DNA of 39,415 bases from Bdellovibrionota bacterium FG-2. Its GTDB lineage: Bacteria; Bdellovibrionota; UBA1018. A program made the position numbers and the translations under genes. Each line of letters opens with the position of its first letter. Within the stretch, counting starts at the first letter, position 1. The DNA is taken from the NCBI GenBank assembly GCA_051382305.1, contig JBBCAV010000338.1, forward strand, positions 1-39,415, given 5' to 3'. Under the pieces are notes generated by a model. The model saw nothing but the letters and a program-made list of their open reading frames with translations. It was not told where the DNA came from and did not search any database. Of the stretch, positions 25,677 to 36,100 are shown one piece after another.

Positions 25677-28288
25677 AGCGCTTTGGATGCGATTTCAAAA
25701 ACGCCAGGCGAAAGGCCGGGCTTGGCTACAACTCGTTCCAGCTGGGCCTTCATTAAGGATTGCCGAGCAGAATCATATTTTCGCCATGGGTTAAAAAGTC
25801 CAATGATTCGCGCCGAAAGATTGGGGTTACGGGAATCAATATCCATCACCATGTCCGCAAAAAACCGATAAGCCGCTCCATCTTTCGCATGGAACTGATG
25901 AGTGTTTTCGCGCCCAAAACTCGTGAGCACCGCCGAAACCTTATTGGGGTTATTGATATTGAAGACAGGATCATTCATAAGTTTCTTAACTCGATCGAGG
26001 CCGCCAGGAGTCGACGATGCCGCCTGCAAGGAGAGCCACTTATTAATAACTAGGGTATCCCCTTGCCATTTGCTGTAGAAATGCGCAAACGCTTGCTCAC
26101 GCTGGATGGACTCACAGTCGGCCAGGGCTCCGAGGGCCGCCACTTCATCCGTCATATTCTGTCCTTGTTTGAGCTGACCGAGGGCCAGCTCCAGATATTC
26201 TTCCTTCCCGAGCGTCGTGAGATAAGTAAGAGCCGTATTCCGCAGCGATCGGCGTCCAACGGCCTCGGACGTATAGCAGTACTCAGCGGTACTTGCGAGC
26301 GAGCGATACAAACGCAGAAATGCCGCTTCGTTATAGCGCGCGATCTCGCGCAACATGAAGGTTCTTGCTTCATGAATTGCATCCACGTCAATCACCGGCT
26401 GAAGGAGTGCAATGTAATTTTCCGCGGGCAGCGCTAAGAGGCGTGCCCGAAAAGCGTGATCCAGCTTTTCGTTTTCAGCAATACCACCCATTGCGGTGAG
26501 GAACTCGTTATCAATGGTCAGAGGTTTTCCCTCTTGAACACTGTGAATGCCGTGATTAAGGATCCGCATGGCAAGCTTCTGCCCGGCCTCCCATCGGGCG
26601 AAGGAGTCGGGATCATGGGATAGTAAGAACAGTAATTCAGCATCTGAATATTCATATTCAAGATGAACGGGCGCTGAAAAATCGCGCAATAACGAAGGAA
26701 GCGGCTTTTCTTTTAAGCCCGAAAAAACAAAATCTTCTCGCTCCTTCCTAAGATCCAGAACTCGCGTTTGAATTTCATTGCCATGGCGATCCAATAGCCC
26801 TACCGCTAGCGGCAGATGATAAGGTTTCTTCGTGGGTTGCCCCGGCGTGGGCGGGCAGTGCTGGGTGATAGTGAGCGTGAAGGTGGCGGCCTTGGGGTCG
26901 TGTGTGGAATTAACCACAAGAGACGGCGTCCCACTTTGTTCATACCAAGTCTGGCGAAACTGGGTCAGATCCACACCATTTGCCAGCTCCATGGCATGAA
27001 CGAAATCTTCAGTGGTCACGGCTTGGCCGTCAAATAATTCAAAATATTTATCGATCCCTCGTCGAAAGCCTGCGCGTCCCAGCAGCGTCGCAATCATGCG
27101 GATAACTTCTGCGCCCTTTTCGTACACGGTTCGAGTATAAAAATTATTAATTTCAATATAGCTCGTAGGCCGAACCGGATGAGACATCGGTCCGCCATCC
27201 TCAGAGAACTGATAGGTTCTAAGGAGATTGGCGTCATCGATCCGCTTGACCGGACGGGAAGTAACGTCGGCAGTGAATTCTTGATCCCGATAAACCGTGA
27301 GCCCTTCTTTAAGCGAGAGCTGAAACCAATCGCGACAAGTTACCCTATTTCCTGTCCAGTTGTGGAAATACTCGTGCGCCACCACGCCCTCAATACGCTC
27401 GTAATCTACATCCGTCGCGGTGCTCGGTTTAGCTAGAATGACCTTTGAATTGAAAATATTCAGCCCTTTATTTTCCATTGCGCCAAAATTAAAATCATCA
27501 ACCGCGACAATCATAAAAATGTCTAAGTCGTATTCCAGGCCAAATGTTTCTTCATCCCAGCGCATGGATTTTTTGAGCGAACTCATCCCGTGACCCGCTC
27601 GATCCTCATTGCCATGATCAGTATAGATCTCAAGTTTCACCTTCCGACCTGAGCGCGTGACAAAAGAATCATCGGTTCGCGCGAGATCGCCCGCAACCAG
27701 GGCAAAGAGGTAGGCAGGCTTCTTAAAAGGATCGCTCCATCGCGCCCTATGGCGTCCACCGGGAAGATCCGTGGCTTCAATACGGTTTCCGTTTGAAAGT
27801 AAAACAGGGTATTTGAGTTTGTCGGCTACAAGGGTCGTTGTAAAAACCGCCATGACATCAGGTCGATCCAGGTAGTAGGTAATTTTTCTAAACCCCTGTG
27901 CTTCGCATTGGGTACAAAACATGCTCGCGGATTTATAGAGTCCTTCAAGAGTTAGATTTTCTTGCGGCTTGATCCTCGTCACCGTTGCTAGGGTGAAGCG
28001 TTGTGGTACTTTCGTAATTGTGAGTTGGGTCGGCGTCACCTTGTATTGTTCCCCTGAAAGCGGTCGGCCATCAATACTGATGGAGCGCAGCTCGAGGTGT
28101 TCTCCATCCAAAACCAAAGCGGCTGACGGGTTCCTGCTCTTGGGATTGCGATAGTAGCAAACCTGCGCAGTGACATCCGTATGTTCATCTTGAAGATCGA
28201 AATGAAGATCCACGGTTTCGACAAGAAACTCAGGAACAGAATAGTCTTTAAGGAATACGGCTTTTGGTTTTTCGGTTGGAGCGTTCAT
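25670..28288 (-). CDS. pepN: Aminopeptidase N (M1 family)
   Basis: TQCEAQGFR, GAMENKG, HEYFHNWTGNRVTCRDW and VYEKGAEV motifs. Confidence 0.97.
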   Translation of the reverse strand: MNAPTEKPKAVFLKDYSVPEFLVETVDLHFDLQDEHTDVTAQVCYYRNPKSRNPSAALVLDGEHLELRSISIDGRPLSGEQYKVTPTQLTITKVPQRFTLATVTRIKPQENLTLEGLYKSASMFCTQCEAQGFRKITYYLDRPDVMAVFTTTLVADKLKYPVLLSNGNRIEATDLPGGRHRARWSDPFKKPAYLFALVAGDLARTDDSFVTRSGRKVKLEIYTDHGNEDRAGHGMSSLKKSMRWDEETFGLEYDLDIFMIVAVDDFNFGAMENKGLNIFNSKVILAKPSTATDVDYERIEGVVAHEYFHNWTGNRVTCRDWFQLSLKEGLTVYRDQEFTADVTSRPVKRIDDANLLRTYQFSEDGGPMSHPVRPTSYIEINNFYTRTVYEKGAEVIRMIATLLGRAGFRRGIDKYFELFDGQAVTTEDFVHAMELANGVDLTQFRQTWYEQSGTPSLVVNSTHDPKAATFTLTITQHCPPTPGQPTKKPYHLPLAVGLLDRHGNEIQTRVLDLRKEREDFVFSGLKEKPLPSLLRDFSAPVHLEYEYSDAELLFLLSHDPDSFARWEAGQKLAMRILNHGIHSVQEGKPLTIDNEFLTAMGGIAENEKLDHAFRARLLALPAENYIALLQPVIDVDAIHEARTFMLREIARYNEAAFLRLYRSLASTAEYCYTSEAVGRRSLRNTALTYLTTLGKEEYLELALGQLKQGQNMTDEVAALGALADCESIQREQAFAHFYSKWQGDTLVINKWLSLQAASSTPGGLDRVKKLMNDPVFNINNPNKVSAVLTSFGRENTHQFHAKDGAAYRFFADMVMDIDSRNPNLSARIIGLFNPWRKYDSARQSLMKAQLERVVAKPGLSPGVFEIASKALQ

Positions 28289-28487
28289 AGACCAAAACTT
28301 CTCTCAGGATTGATCTACGGGGTCAACCATCAGCACTCACACCCGTCCACTGTAGCTGGATTTACCCAATATATTGCTAACTTAAGCCATAATTTATTTT
28401 CGGCTAATTACGTCTTGTGATTAATTACTAGTTAATATATAATGCACTGAGTCTATGGGGCTTCCGGGGAAACGAGGTTTTGAAAAT

Positions 28488-30101
28488 ATGCGAAAATTCC
28501 CCCAGCTTGTTCTTTCGGCCGCCGCGACTCTCTTAGCGTTCTCCACGCTGTTTCCCGCCCGCGCGGACACATTAATGGTCATCTCAGACTCCGGCGGAAT
28601 GTTTGGCGACAAAAGTCTCAACCAAGCCATGGAGCATTTTGGTGCCGGCCTTGCGATCTCCGCGATGAAAAAGAATTATCGTCGCGTCGTTGATTGGTAC
28701 GCCGCCGATCAGGGCCCAGAAGACGATTATATTGAACGAATCCTTTGGGCTCGCTCCGTCATCGACTCCCAGCAACCGGGTGAAAAAATCGATGTCTTTG
28801 CTATGCAGCACAGCGGTGAGAGTTTTTTGAATCTTGGCCGACAAAAAACCGGCGAAAAGCTGTTCCCTCCAGGAATGATTCGTCGAGTTTTCTCCAGCGG
28901 CTGCTCCAACTGGGGGGATTTTACCGCTAAGGCTGATGGCACCAATCTCGCGGTCGAAAGAAGTTCTTCGGATTTTTCCGGACATATGAAGCGCCTTGGC
29001 GTCGAAGAGTATGTCATTCACGCCAACATGAATGGCACCGGTCCTTTTTCCTATCCGCTCCTTGCCTCCGAGATGGGCATCGGCGGTTCCTGGCTTGAAG
29101 CCGGAAAGCGTGCTTTTGATAAGGCTGATCTCATTGCGGCAGAAGAGTATTTTAAAATCAAGAAACTCGACGGAATTCTAAATCGTATCTCTAATGTATT
29201 ACGGCTCCCTTTTCGCTCCTCAATTCTCGAAGGCTTTATGGCCTTCTTTGGATCTAGACCCGTATTTGGCGGCTCAAAGCTTGAAGAAAAAAGGCCCGTT
29301 TTTGAAGGCCGCAATATGTTCAGCGTTCTCTCTGATCCCGCATACGCTCAAACAGAGGCGATGCTCGCTCCGATTAATGTGTTGAGCCAGATTTTCATAA
29401 AAGATCTCCCTGCGGTTTTTAACGGTCACGAATATTTTGTAAACTCTGAAAAGCTTCAAGCTGATTTTTCAAAGGATCCTGGCTCTCTCTCCGAAGGCGT
29501 TATGGGGGTTGCGGACCTGCTCAAACAGATCCTAGGAGAGGTCGCACGTACGCCACGCGAAGACCTGGTTTGTGTCGATCCCAAGCCATTTCAGGCCTTT
29601 TTAGATGCTTACGCCATTACAGAAGATGGCAAAATTCCTCAATTTGAAAAAGTGTGCATGGAGAAGGTGAGTGCCAAAGAATACACCTTGAGCTGGAAAC
29701 TCAGCGCGCCCAACGGAATTCATTTCCCAGGCTTTGGTGTTTGGCTCGTCAAAGTCCCGGCTAGTAACGACACCTATGGTACTGGGGTAAAACTGAAAAC
29801 GGTTTACCTGCGACGGCACGGCTCCGTGACCCTTCTCACCGAAGATGATCGCACAGGTTTTGTCTTAAAAGGCCTAGGAGTTCGCGCCGAAGGTCCTCGC
29901 CTTTCGGAGTACTTCAAAGTTCCAAACGGCGTGATGCGCTTTACGGTGCGCAGCGCGAGTATGACCGAAAAAGGGGAATTCGCTGCAAAGCTCGGCACCG
30001 TGTTAGGCCCGATCGTTGGCATCGAAGGACGACTCAAAGAGTCTTCTGCTGAAGTTAATACCCTACGGGTGCTTGGGATTCCGTTTAAAATTGCAATGTG
30101 A
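28488..30101 (+). CDS. Secreted hypothetical protein, about 537 aa
   Basis: Sec signal peptide ending ARA-D after ATG 28488 (GAGG upstream); long uninterrupted ORF; no family recognised. Confidence 0.75.
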   Translation: MRKFPQLVLSAAATLLAFSTLFPARADTLMVISDSGGMFGDKSLNQAMEHFGAGLAISAMKKNYRRVVDWYAADQGPEDDYIERILWARSVIDSQQPGEKIDVFAMQHSGESFLNLGRQKTGEKLFPPGMIRRVFSSGCSNWGDFTAKADGTNLAVERSSSDFSGHMKRLGVEEYVIHANMNGTGPFSYPLLASEMGIGGSWLEAGKRAFDKADLIAAEEYFKIKKLDGILNRISNVLRLPFRSSILEGFMAFFGSRPVFGGSKLEEKRPVFEGRNMFSVLSDPAYAQTEAMLAPINVLSQIFIKDLPAVFNGHEYFVNSEKLQADFSKDPGSLSEGVMGVADLLKQILGEVARTPREDLVCVDPKPFQAFLDAYAITEDGKIPQFEKVCMEKVSAKEYTLSWKLSAPNGIHFPGFGVWLVKVPASNDTYGTGVKLKTVYLRRHGSVTLLTEDDRTGFVLKGLGVRAEGPRLSEYFKVPNGVMRFTVRSASMTEKGEFAAKLGTVLGPIVGIEGRLKESSAEVNTLRVLGIPFKIAM

Positions 30102-30137
30102 CGCTTCTTGGACGATGTTGCCCAAGAAGGTAATAAA

Positions 30138-31502
30138 ATGTTAACAAAACCTTTCGAAATAGTATGCCTACTTACTGCGCTAATCGCCACTCCCGGTGCT
30201 TTGGCTGACTTTGATGTCGGCGCCGGCGCCTCGCCATCGGAAAAATTTCAACGGACCTCGTCTGTACTTAATCACTTTGGCACCCCTACAGAGGGAGACT
30301 CTCAACCTCTCGTAGACTTTTGGCGTGAGCAACAAACCATCGATGGGTTCAAAGCGCTGTTGCCTATTTTTGACCCCAAGAAAACGTTTGGGCGCTTTAG
30401 TTCGCTGGAGCAAGACCCTGACGGGGGTTGGACGCTCAATGTTTTTCAGGACAAGGATTCAAAGACTGTCCTGGATTTTTCGATTCCCCTCGCAAAAGAA
30501 GCCCTTGGGCCCGCCGAAGCGTTCCATACCCATCTTCAAATGGCCTCACAAAACCCTTCCGCACTGCTTCTTAGTGGCCTTCGCATCGCGATTGATCCGG
30601 GCCACATGGGCGGAGAAGAGTGGGATCTTAAGACCGGAAAATTCGTGAGCGATGGGCACGGCCACAAAATCAGTGAAGGCTTAATGAACCTCCAGGTTTC
30701 GATGTTACTTCAAAAGGAGTTTGAAACTTTGGGGGCAGAAGTTCTCTTAAGCCACACCTCGCTAGCTCCTGCCACCGCACTTCGCTACGAGAATCTCGAT
30801 GTGTCTCTCTTTGGCGCCCAGCGCTTGGGAGAAAGCACGATGTCAGATTGGTTTCAAAAGCTAATTTCTGGTGCCCTTTCTGGCTCAGCTCTTTTTGCGG
30901 CATTTGAGAAAAGCTCTGATTTGCGCGGGCTTTTTTCTGAGTCTATGCGCGGTTTTTACTTTATCCGAATGGCCGATCTGGACGCACGAAGTGAGACGAT
31001 GATGCGGTTTTCACCGGACATCTCTCTTATTATTCACTTTGATAGTTTGGATTCGCCCGGGGGCTACGACGGCGTAAAGACCTTTATCGACGGGGGCGCC
31101 CTTGCCGATGAATTTGGAACGCGAGATGAGCGCGTTCACTTTGCACAAAACATTTTGGATGCGCGTGCGTGGAGCGCTTCGCGAACCCTCAGCAGTGCCA
31201 TCGCCAATGCACTCAAAACCGAGCTTAAAATTCCGTTTGATGCCAGTACGGGCGGTGGGCTTTCGGTTCCTGTGGAGCCGGGGGTGTTCGCACGAAACTT
31301 GAGGATTTCACGAAAACTTCACAAAACCGCGATGAGTTCTGTGGAGTGCCTCTACTACGATGCGCCCAAGGAGTTTAACGCTCTTCTTGAAAAGAAGTAT
31401 TCGCTTGAAATCGATGGCGTTGATTACTCCTATTCAGAGCGCTTAGCCCAAGTCGTAAAGGGTATCAAAGCCGGGGTCACCGGATTCGTCTTAAACTACT
31501 AA
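30138..31502 (+). CDS. Secreted N-acetylmuramoyl-L-alanine amidase (Amidase_3-like)
   Basis: Signal peptide; IAIDPGH, SEG, IIHFD and VEC zinc/catalytic residues; large insertions between the motifs. Confidence 0.82.
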   Translation: MLTKPFEIVCLLTALIATPGALADFDVGAGASPSEKFQRTSSVLNHFGTPTEGDSQPLVDFWREQQTIDGFKALLPIFDPKKTFGRFSSLEQDPDGGWTLNVFQDKDSKTVLDFSIPLAKEALGPAEAFHTHLQMASQNPSALLLSGLRIAIDPGHMGGEEWDLKTGKFVSDGHGHKISEGLMNLQVSMLLQKEFETLGAEVLLSHTSLAPATALRYENLDVSLFGAQRLGESTMSDWFQKLISGALSGSALFAAFEKSSDLRGLFSESMRGFYFIRMADLDARSETMMRFSPDISLIIHFDSLDSPGGYDGVKTFIDGGALADEFGTRDERVHFAQNILDARAWSASRTLSSAIANALKTELKIPFDASTGGGLSVPVEPGVFARNLRISRKLHKTAMSSVECLYYDAPKEFNALLEKKYSLEIDGVDYSYSERLAQVVKGIKAGVTGFVLNY

Positions 31503-31963
31503 AGCTTCTTGAGCTTTAGTGTCGCCGTGAGAGAAACCGACTCACTCATACTTTTTACAAGATCATGAGAGAGCTCGCCTTTGACGTCGCCGTTTTCGTT
31601 TCTCACGAGATGAATCGCATCAAGCAAGCACCACACATCTGCTTCGCCGTAGCATGGCTCTTTGCTAGAATCGGCCCAAATGTAATTTGAGCTCGGCGCC
31701 CCGTTTCCAGCTATCGTGTTAAAAGAAAAGAAAAGTCCGCCGCGCATGTCTGAAGTCAAGAGCCCCGCCTCAATACCATAGGTTATCGAAGACTCGGCTT
31801 GAGCAACCTCATCGATAAAGAGGACCGCTCCGGTGTATTGAACAGAAGAGTTCTTGAGGTTCAAAACATCTCCCTCATAATTGCCAGCCCACGAAGCAGC
31901 AAAAGCGACAGACGTTGTGGTGAGTGTTAAAGCGCAGACCAAGATCGAAAATAGATTTCTCAT
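31499..31963 (-). CDS. Secreted hypothetical protein
   Basis: Signal peptide ending AFA-A, SD AAAGGAG, beta-rich mature region. Confidence 0.75.
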   Translation of the reverse strand: MRNLFSILVCALTLTTTSVAFAASWAGNYEGDVLNLKNSSVQYTGAVLFIDEVAQAESSITYGIEAGLLTSDMRGGLFFSFNTIAGNGAPSSNYIWADSSKEPCYGEADVWCLLDAIHLVRNENGDVKGELSHDLVKSMSESVSLTATLKLKKL

Positions 31964-32029
31964 ATTTGTACTCCTTTAGAGATAGTAATTTGCACTGGTC
32001 ATATTACGCTATGCGCCCGATGTACAGGG

Positions 32030-32764
32030 CTATTTCCACATCTTAAATACAAGAACCTCAGCCGCAACACCTACCCCCAGCGTCACGCCATCGGTCTCCT
32101 GAATTCCCGCTCCATCTCCCGAGGTGAGGACGGATTCTCCTAGTTTGACCTCGCCCTTCACTACTTGAACCCAAAGGAGTTGATCTGCAGAGCACCTAAG
32201 ATCCCACCTGTCTCCCAATTTCTCCGGCGAGGTGGCAGACGCCCATCGTTTGGCCCAAACCTCCACGTTTTGATGAAGTAAAACCGGCGCGGCCGAAGCG
32301 GGGGGGCCCGCTAGTAACACGGGCGCTACCGCATCCAGCTTTGCCGAGAAGTCGACCTGTTCATATTTCGGCTTAAGACCCTCCTGATTCGGAAGAATCC
32401 AAATCTGATACAAGTGCGTTACCTCTGCCTTCGAGGCATTAAACTCAGAGTGCCGGATCCCACTTCCGGCGCTCATTTTCTGAACTTCTCCAGGCCGAAT
32501 TATACCGTGAGAACCCATCGAATCGCGATGCTCAAGCGCCCCTTCAATCACATAAGTAAGAATCTCCATGTCTTTATGACCATGAGTGGGAAAACCTTCC
32601 CCACCAGAAATCCAATCTTCGTTGATCACTCGAAGCGGTCCAAAACCCATCTGTTCGGGATCAGAATACTCCCCGAATGAAAAACTGTGATACGTCTTCA
32701 GCCAACCGTGATCAAAGTGGCCACGAGCGCATGCTTTTCTAAGAAGGATTTTGGACATATTCAT
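32030..32764 (-). CDS. Pirin family protein (YhhW-like)
   Basis: HGWLKTYHSFSF, GFPTHGHKDMEI, HRDSMG, SAGSGIRHSE and QIWI motifs. Confidence 0.94.
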   Translation of the reverse strand: MNMSKILLRKACARGHFDHGWLKTYHSFSFGEYSDPEQMGFGPLRVINEDWISGGEGFPTHGHKDMEILTYVIEGALEHRDSMGSHGIIRPGEVQKMSAGSGIRHSEFNASKAEVTHLYQIWILPNQEGLKPKYEQVDFSAKLDAVAPVLLAGPPASAAPVLLHQNVEVWAKRWASATSPEKLGDRWDLRCSADQLLWVQVVKGEVKLGESVLTSGDGAGIQETDGVTLGVGVAAEVLVFKMWK

Positions 32765-32768
32765 AACC

Positions 32769-33152
32769 TCACTTTTTGAAGATCGATGCGTAATGATCGC
32801 GATAGCTGTAAGCCAAGAAAACCATCAAGGCCAAGATGACCACCGGCATCGCAATCGTTGCCGGCCCCACTAATAGGAGATGAAAAAGGAATATATTTAT
32901 CGCGATTGGCGCGAGCAAGATGAGGGCGAACGGCAATTGGAATCCCGTAAGAATCATCACACCCGTGATCACCTCAATACTTTTCATGAACGGGAAAAAG
33001 TACCCCGATGCAGCAAGTGCGCCAGCGAACGCCCCTGCCGGGCCAGGCATCGGCGGCATTGGCAAGAAGCCCAAAAAGCCGTTCAATCCAAACACCGTAA
33101 AAATGAGTCCCAATAGTATCCTTGCTCCAATAACTGCATATTTTGATTTCAT
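32769..33152 (-). CDS. DoxX-family membrane protein
   Basis: ARILLGLIFTVFGLNGF and NIFLFH motifs; four TM segments; upstream of pirin. Confidence 0.8.
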   Translation of the reverse strand: MKSKYAVIGARILLGLIFTVFGLNGFLGFLPMPPMPGPAGAFAGALAASGYFFPFMKSIEVITGVMILTGFQLPFALILLAPIAINIFLFHLLLVGPATIAMPVVILALMVFLAYSYRDHYASIFKK

Positions 33153-33225
33153 AAAACGATCTCCTTTGTTGCTCTTATCTTAGCGCGATCCTCAGTTAGA
33201 TATAATATGCAATTTTAAGGACAGA

Positions 33226-33245
33226 TTGTTGCAAATATGCAACAA
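33226..33245. promoter_or_regulatory. Probable LysR recognition site
   Basis: ttgttgca-aata-tgcaacaa inverted repeat containing T-N11-A, between the divergent doxX and lysR genes. Confidence 0.65.
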
Positions 33246-33264
33246 ATAGGGGCGGAGCACATAG

Positions 33265-34224
33265 ATGAAAGATTACAATGATATCGCGGCCTTTGTTGCA
33301 GTCGCTCAAGCGGGCAACTTTTCAAGTGCTGCGCGAAAACTGCAAACTCAAAAATCAACAGTCAGCCGTAAAGTGCTCGCTCTCGAAGAACGGCTCGGAA
33401 CTCCGCTTTTTACTCGGACCACCAGACAAGTCATTTTGACCCACGAAGGAAAGAAGTATCTGGAGCAGATCGAAGGGGCCTACCTACAAATTGACCTCGC
33501 AGAAGACACCACGCTGGGTACCGACACCTATCTCCGCGGTTCGCTTCGAATCACAGCGCCGGTAGTCTTAGGGATTGCACTGCTGCCAGGGGCAATTACA
33601 GAGTTTGCAAGCCTGCATCCTGGTGTCCAAGTTGAGATCCTTCTTGAAGACCGCGTAATGAATCTGATCGAGGAGCGCGTGGACCTTGCGATTCGCACAG
33701 GTGAGCTTGACGATTCGAGCTTGAAGGCACGCAAAATTGGCACCTCGCAGTTTGGGCTATTCGCATCGCCCCGCTATCTCGAGAAAACTCGCGCGAGTCT
33801 CAAGATTAGAAGGCCCCAGGATCTCGTGCAGCATCAATGCATTATGTACTCTCCCTCAGGAGAGGATTTCCCGTGGGTATTTACCCATAAGGAAAGTCGC
33901 GTGAAGGCAAAAATTCGTTCTCAGCTTCGCGCAAACACGCTGGCAATGGCTAAAGAGCTCGCGGGCAACGGTGCCGGCATTGCGCTGCTTCCAGAGTTCT
34001 TGTGTAACGATTCATTGATTTCTGGAGAGCTTGTTCCCGTGTTGCCCCAATGGCGTGCAGAAAAATCAGCTTACTACCTTGTTTATCCAAGTTCGAAAGT
34101 CGATGCGCCTGCGCTTAAAGCGCTGGTGAACCATCTAATCGCCTACTTTGACAACTCCAAAACGACGCATATCCAACCAACTTCCAAAATGGTGAAGTTG
34201 CGGCACGAAGGGTCGGGGCGGTAG
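33265..34224 (+). CDS. LysR-family transcriptional regulator (CrgA-like)
   Basis: N-terminal HTH FSSAAR...STVSRKV..LEERLG..LF.RTTR; substrate-binding domain with DLAIR. Confidence 0.95.
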   Translation: MKDYNDIAAFVAVAQAGNFSSAARKLQTQKSTVSRKVLALEERLGTPLFTRTTRQVILTHEGKKYLEQIEGAYLQIDLAEDTTLGTDTYLRGSLRITAPVVLGIALLPGAITEFASLHPGVQVEILLEDRVMNLIEERVDLAIRTGELDDSSLKARKIGTSQFGLFASPRYLEKTRASLKIRRPQDLVQHQCIMYSPSGEDFPWVFTHKESRVKAKIRSQLRANTLAMAKELAGNGAGIALLPEFLCNDSLISGELVPVLPQWRAEKSAYYLVYPSSKVDAPALKALVNHLIAYFDNSKTTHIQPTSKMVKLRHEGSGR

Positions 34225-34251
34225 GCCTTTAACTTCACATTTTTGGAAGTT
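34179..34251. repeat. 21-bp imperfect inverted repeat spanning the lysR 3' end
   Basis: aacttccaaaatggtgaagtt (34179-34199) and aacttcacatttttggaagtt (34231-34251) are 19/21 reverse complements; each arm is itself AACTTC-N9-GAAGTT. Confidence 0.75.
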
Positions 34252-34313
34252 CCCGGCCGTGCCATCACAGCCGCTTACCGTTTTCCTTGGCTACTTTGGG
34301 CCGGATCTGCAGC

Positions 34314-35900
34314 TCAAAGTTTAAGTGAAATATATTCTTCGTAGGACTTTTCTTGATCAACGACGCCACGAGCGCCCACTTCAATCACCCGGTTCGCAAC
34401 CGTTTGAATGAATTGTTGGTCATGGGACGAAAATAGAATCGTGCCCGGGAAGCGAATCAAACCGTTGTTCACGGACGTAATGGATTCCAAATCTAAGTGA
34501 TTGGTGGGGCCATCCAAAATCAGGACGTTGGCATCGATCAACATCATGCGCGACAGCATGCACCGAACGCGTTCTCCGCCAGAAAGCACCTTTGTTTTCT
34601 TAGTGGCTTCATCGCCAGAGAAGAGCATCCGTCCTAAAAAACCACGAACATAGTTTTCGTTTTGATCCGTCGAATACTGGCGGAGCCAGTCGATGAGGTT
34701 CAGATCTGAATCATCGAAATACTTAGCGTTGTCTTTTGGAAAAAAGGAGCGCAAAGTCGTCACGCCCCAGGTGAAGGTGCCACTGTCCTGCTTCATGTCC
34801 CCCGCCAAAATAGCCAAAAGTGCAGTGACCGCCAGCTCGGTATCTCCAATAAATACGGTTTTATCGCCCTTTTTTAAGGAAAAACTCACTTTATCAAAAA
34901 TCTTTACGCCGTCGATTGATTTAGAGAGATTTTCCACTCGAAGCAGCTGATCACCCGCTTCGCGCTCCGCCTTGAATCCCACGAAGGGGTATTTACGAGT
35001 AGAGGGCCTGATGTCTTCGAGTGTTAATTTCTCCAGTTGCTTCTTTCGTGAGGTCGCCTGGCGTGACTTCGAGGCGTTCGCACTAAAGCGCGCAATGAAT
35101 GCCTTCAGCTCTTCAGCCTTGTCTTCGGTTCTTTTCTTCTTCTCTTGAGACTGCTTTAGAGCCATCTGTGAAGACTCGTACCAAAAATCGTAGTTCCCGG
35201 TGTAAAGCTGAATTTGGCCAAAGTCGATATCAGCCATGTGTGTACAGACTTGATTCAAAAAGTGTCTGTCATGGGAAACCACAATCACGGTCTTATCAAA
35301 ATTAAAGAGAAACTCTTCTAACCAGCGAATCGCTGGAATATCTAAATGGTTGGTCGGTTCGTCGAGTAAAAGAATGTCGGGCTGCCCGAAGAGGGCTTGA
35401 GCGAGCAAGACTTTGAGTTTTTCGTTATCACGCAGTTCGCGCATAAGTTTGTCGTGGAGTTCGGTTTTGATTCCTAATCCCGCAAGCAGTACCGCCGCAT
35501 CACTCTCTGCTTCCCAGCCGCGAAGCTCCGCAAATTGCCCCTCAAGTTCTCCTGCACGCACACCATCGGCTTCAGAAAAGTTCTCCTTCGCATAGAGCGC
35601 GTCTTTTTCTTCAATCACTTGGTTTAGGCGCGGCTCGCCTAAAATAACGGTCTTCAAAACTGAGACGTCATCAAAAGAAAAGTGATCCTGTCGTAAGAAC
35701 GAAATCCGCTCGCCCGGGGTGACCGAGACGGTCCCTTTGTCGGACGAAAGTTCTCCTGATAAAATCTTTAGGAATGTCGATTTGCCTGCGCCATTGGCGC
35801 CGATGAGTCCGTAGCAATTCCCAGGTAGGAACTTGATGTTCACATCGTCGAACAACTTCTGACTGCCAAATCCTAAACTAACGCCTGCGGTGCTAATCAC
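34314..35900 (-). CDS. ABC-F family ribosome-associated ATPase (YbiT/YkpA-like)
   Basis: Two ABC domains (GANGAGKS, LDEPTNHLD; LSGGE, LDGPTNHLD), linker FIARFSANASKSRQATSR, and no TM segments. Confidence 0.93.
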   Translation of the reverse strand: MISTAGVSLGFGSQKLFDDVNIKFLPGNCYGLIGANGAGKSTFLKILSGELSSDKGTVSVTPGERISFLRQDHFSFDDVSVLKTVILGEPRLNQVIEEKDALYAKENFSEADGVRAGELEGQFAELRGWEAESDAAVLLAGLGIKTELHDKLMRELRDNEKLKVLLAQALFGQPDILLLDEPTNHLDIPAIRWLEEFLFNFDKTVIVVSHDRHFLNQVCTHMADIDFGQIQLYTGNYDFWYESSQMALKQSQEKKKRTEDKAEELKAFIARFSANASKSRQATSRKKQLEKLTLEDIRPSTRKYPFVGFKAEREAGDQLLRVENLSKSIDGVKIFDKVSFSLKKGDKTVFIGDTELAVTALLAILAGDMKQDSGTFTWGVTTLRSFFPKDNAKYFDDSDLNLIDWLRQYSTDQNENYVRGFLGRMLFSGDEATKKTKVLSGGERVRCMLSRMMLIDANVLILDGPTNHLDLESITSVNNGLIRFPGTILFSSHDQQFIQTVANRVIEVGARGVVDQEKSYEEYISLKL

Positions 35901-36100
35901 TGTGTACTACCTTTCGAGGAGTGTTTCTTTGGGATTCACACCTTATATGCGACGCGACATTATAGCTAGGACAAATTGCTGCGATGCAGATAAAACTTTG
36001 ACTATTGTGCGGCTGGGGTTAACTTGACTGGAAAGTGCTTAATTTGTAAACAACTACAGACACTTATTGGATTGAGAAATCCATAGCCAACTGAGCATAG

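Noticed and set aside
28310-28326. FNR/CRP-like box TTGAT...GTCAA upstream of pepN
   Set aside because: The spacer is 7 nt rather than the required 4.
34800-34870. Degenerate second Walker A (GDTELAVT) in the ABC-F protein
   Set aside because: As I recall, similar degeneracy occurs in YkpA/YbiT-like ABC-F proteins, so it is not evidence of a pseudogene or novelty.
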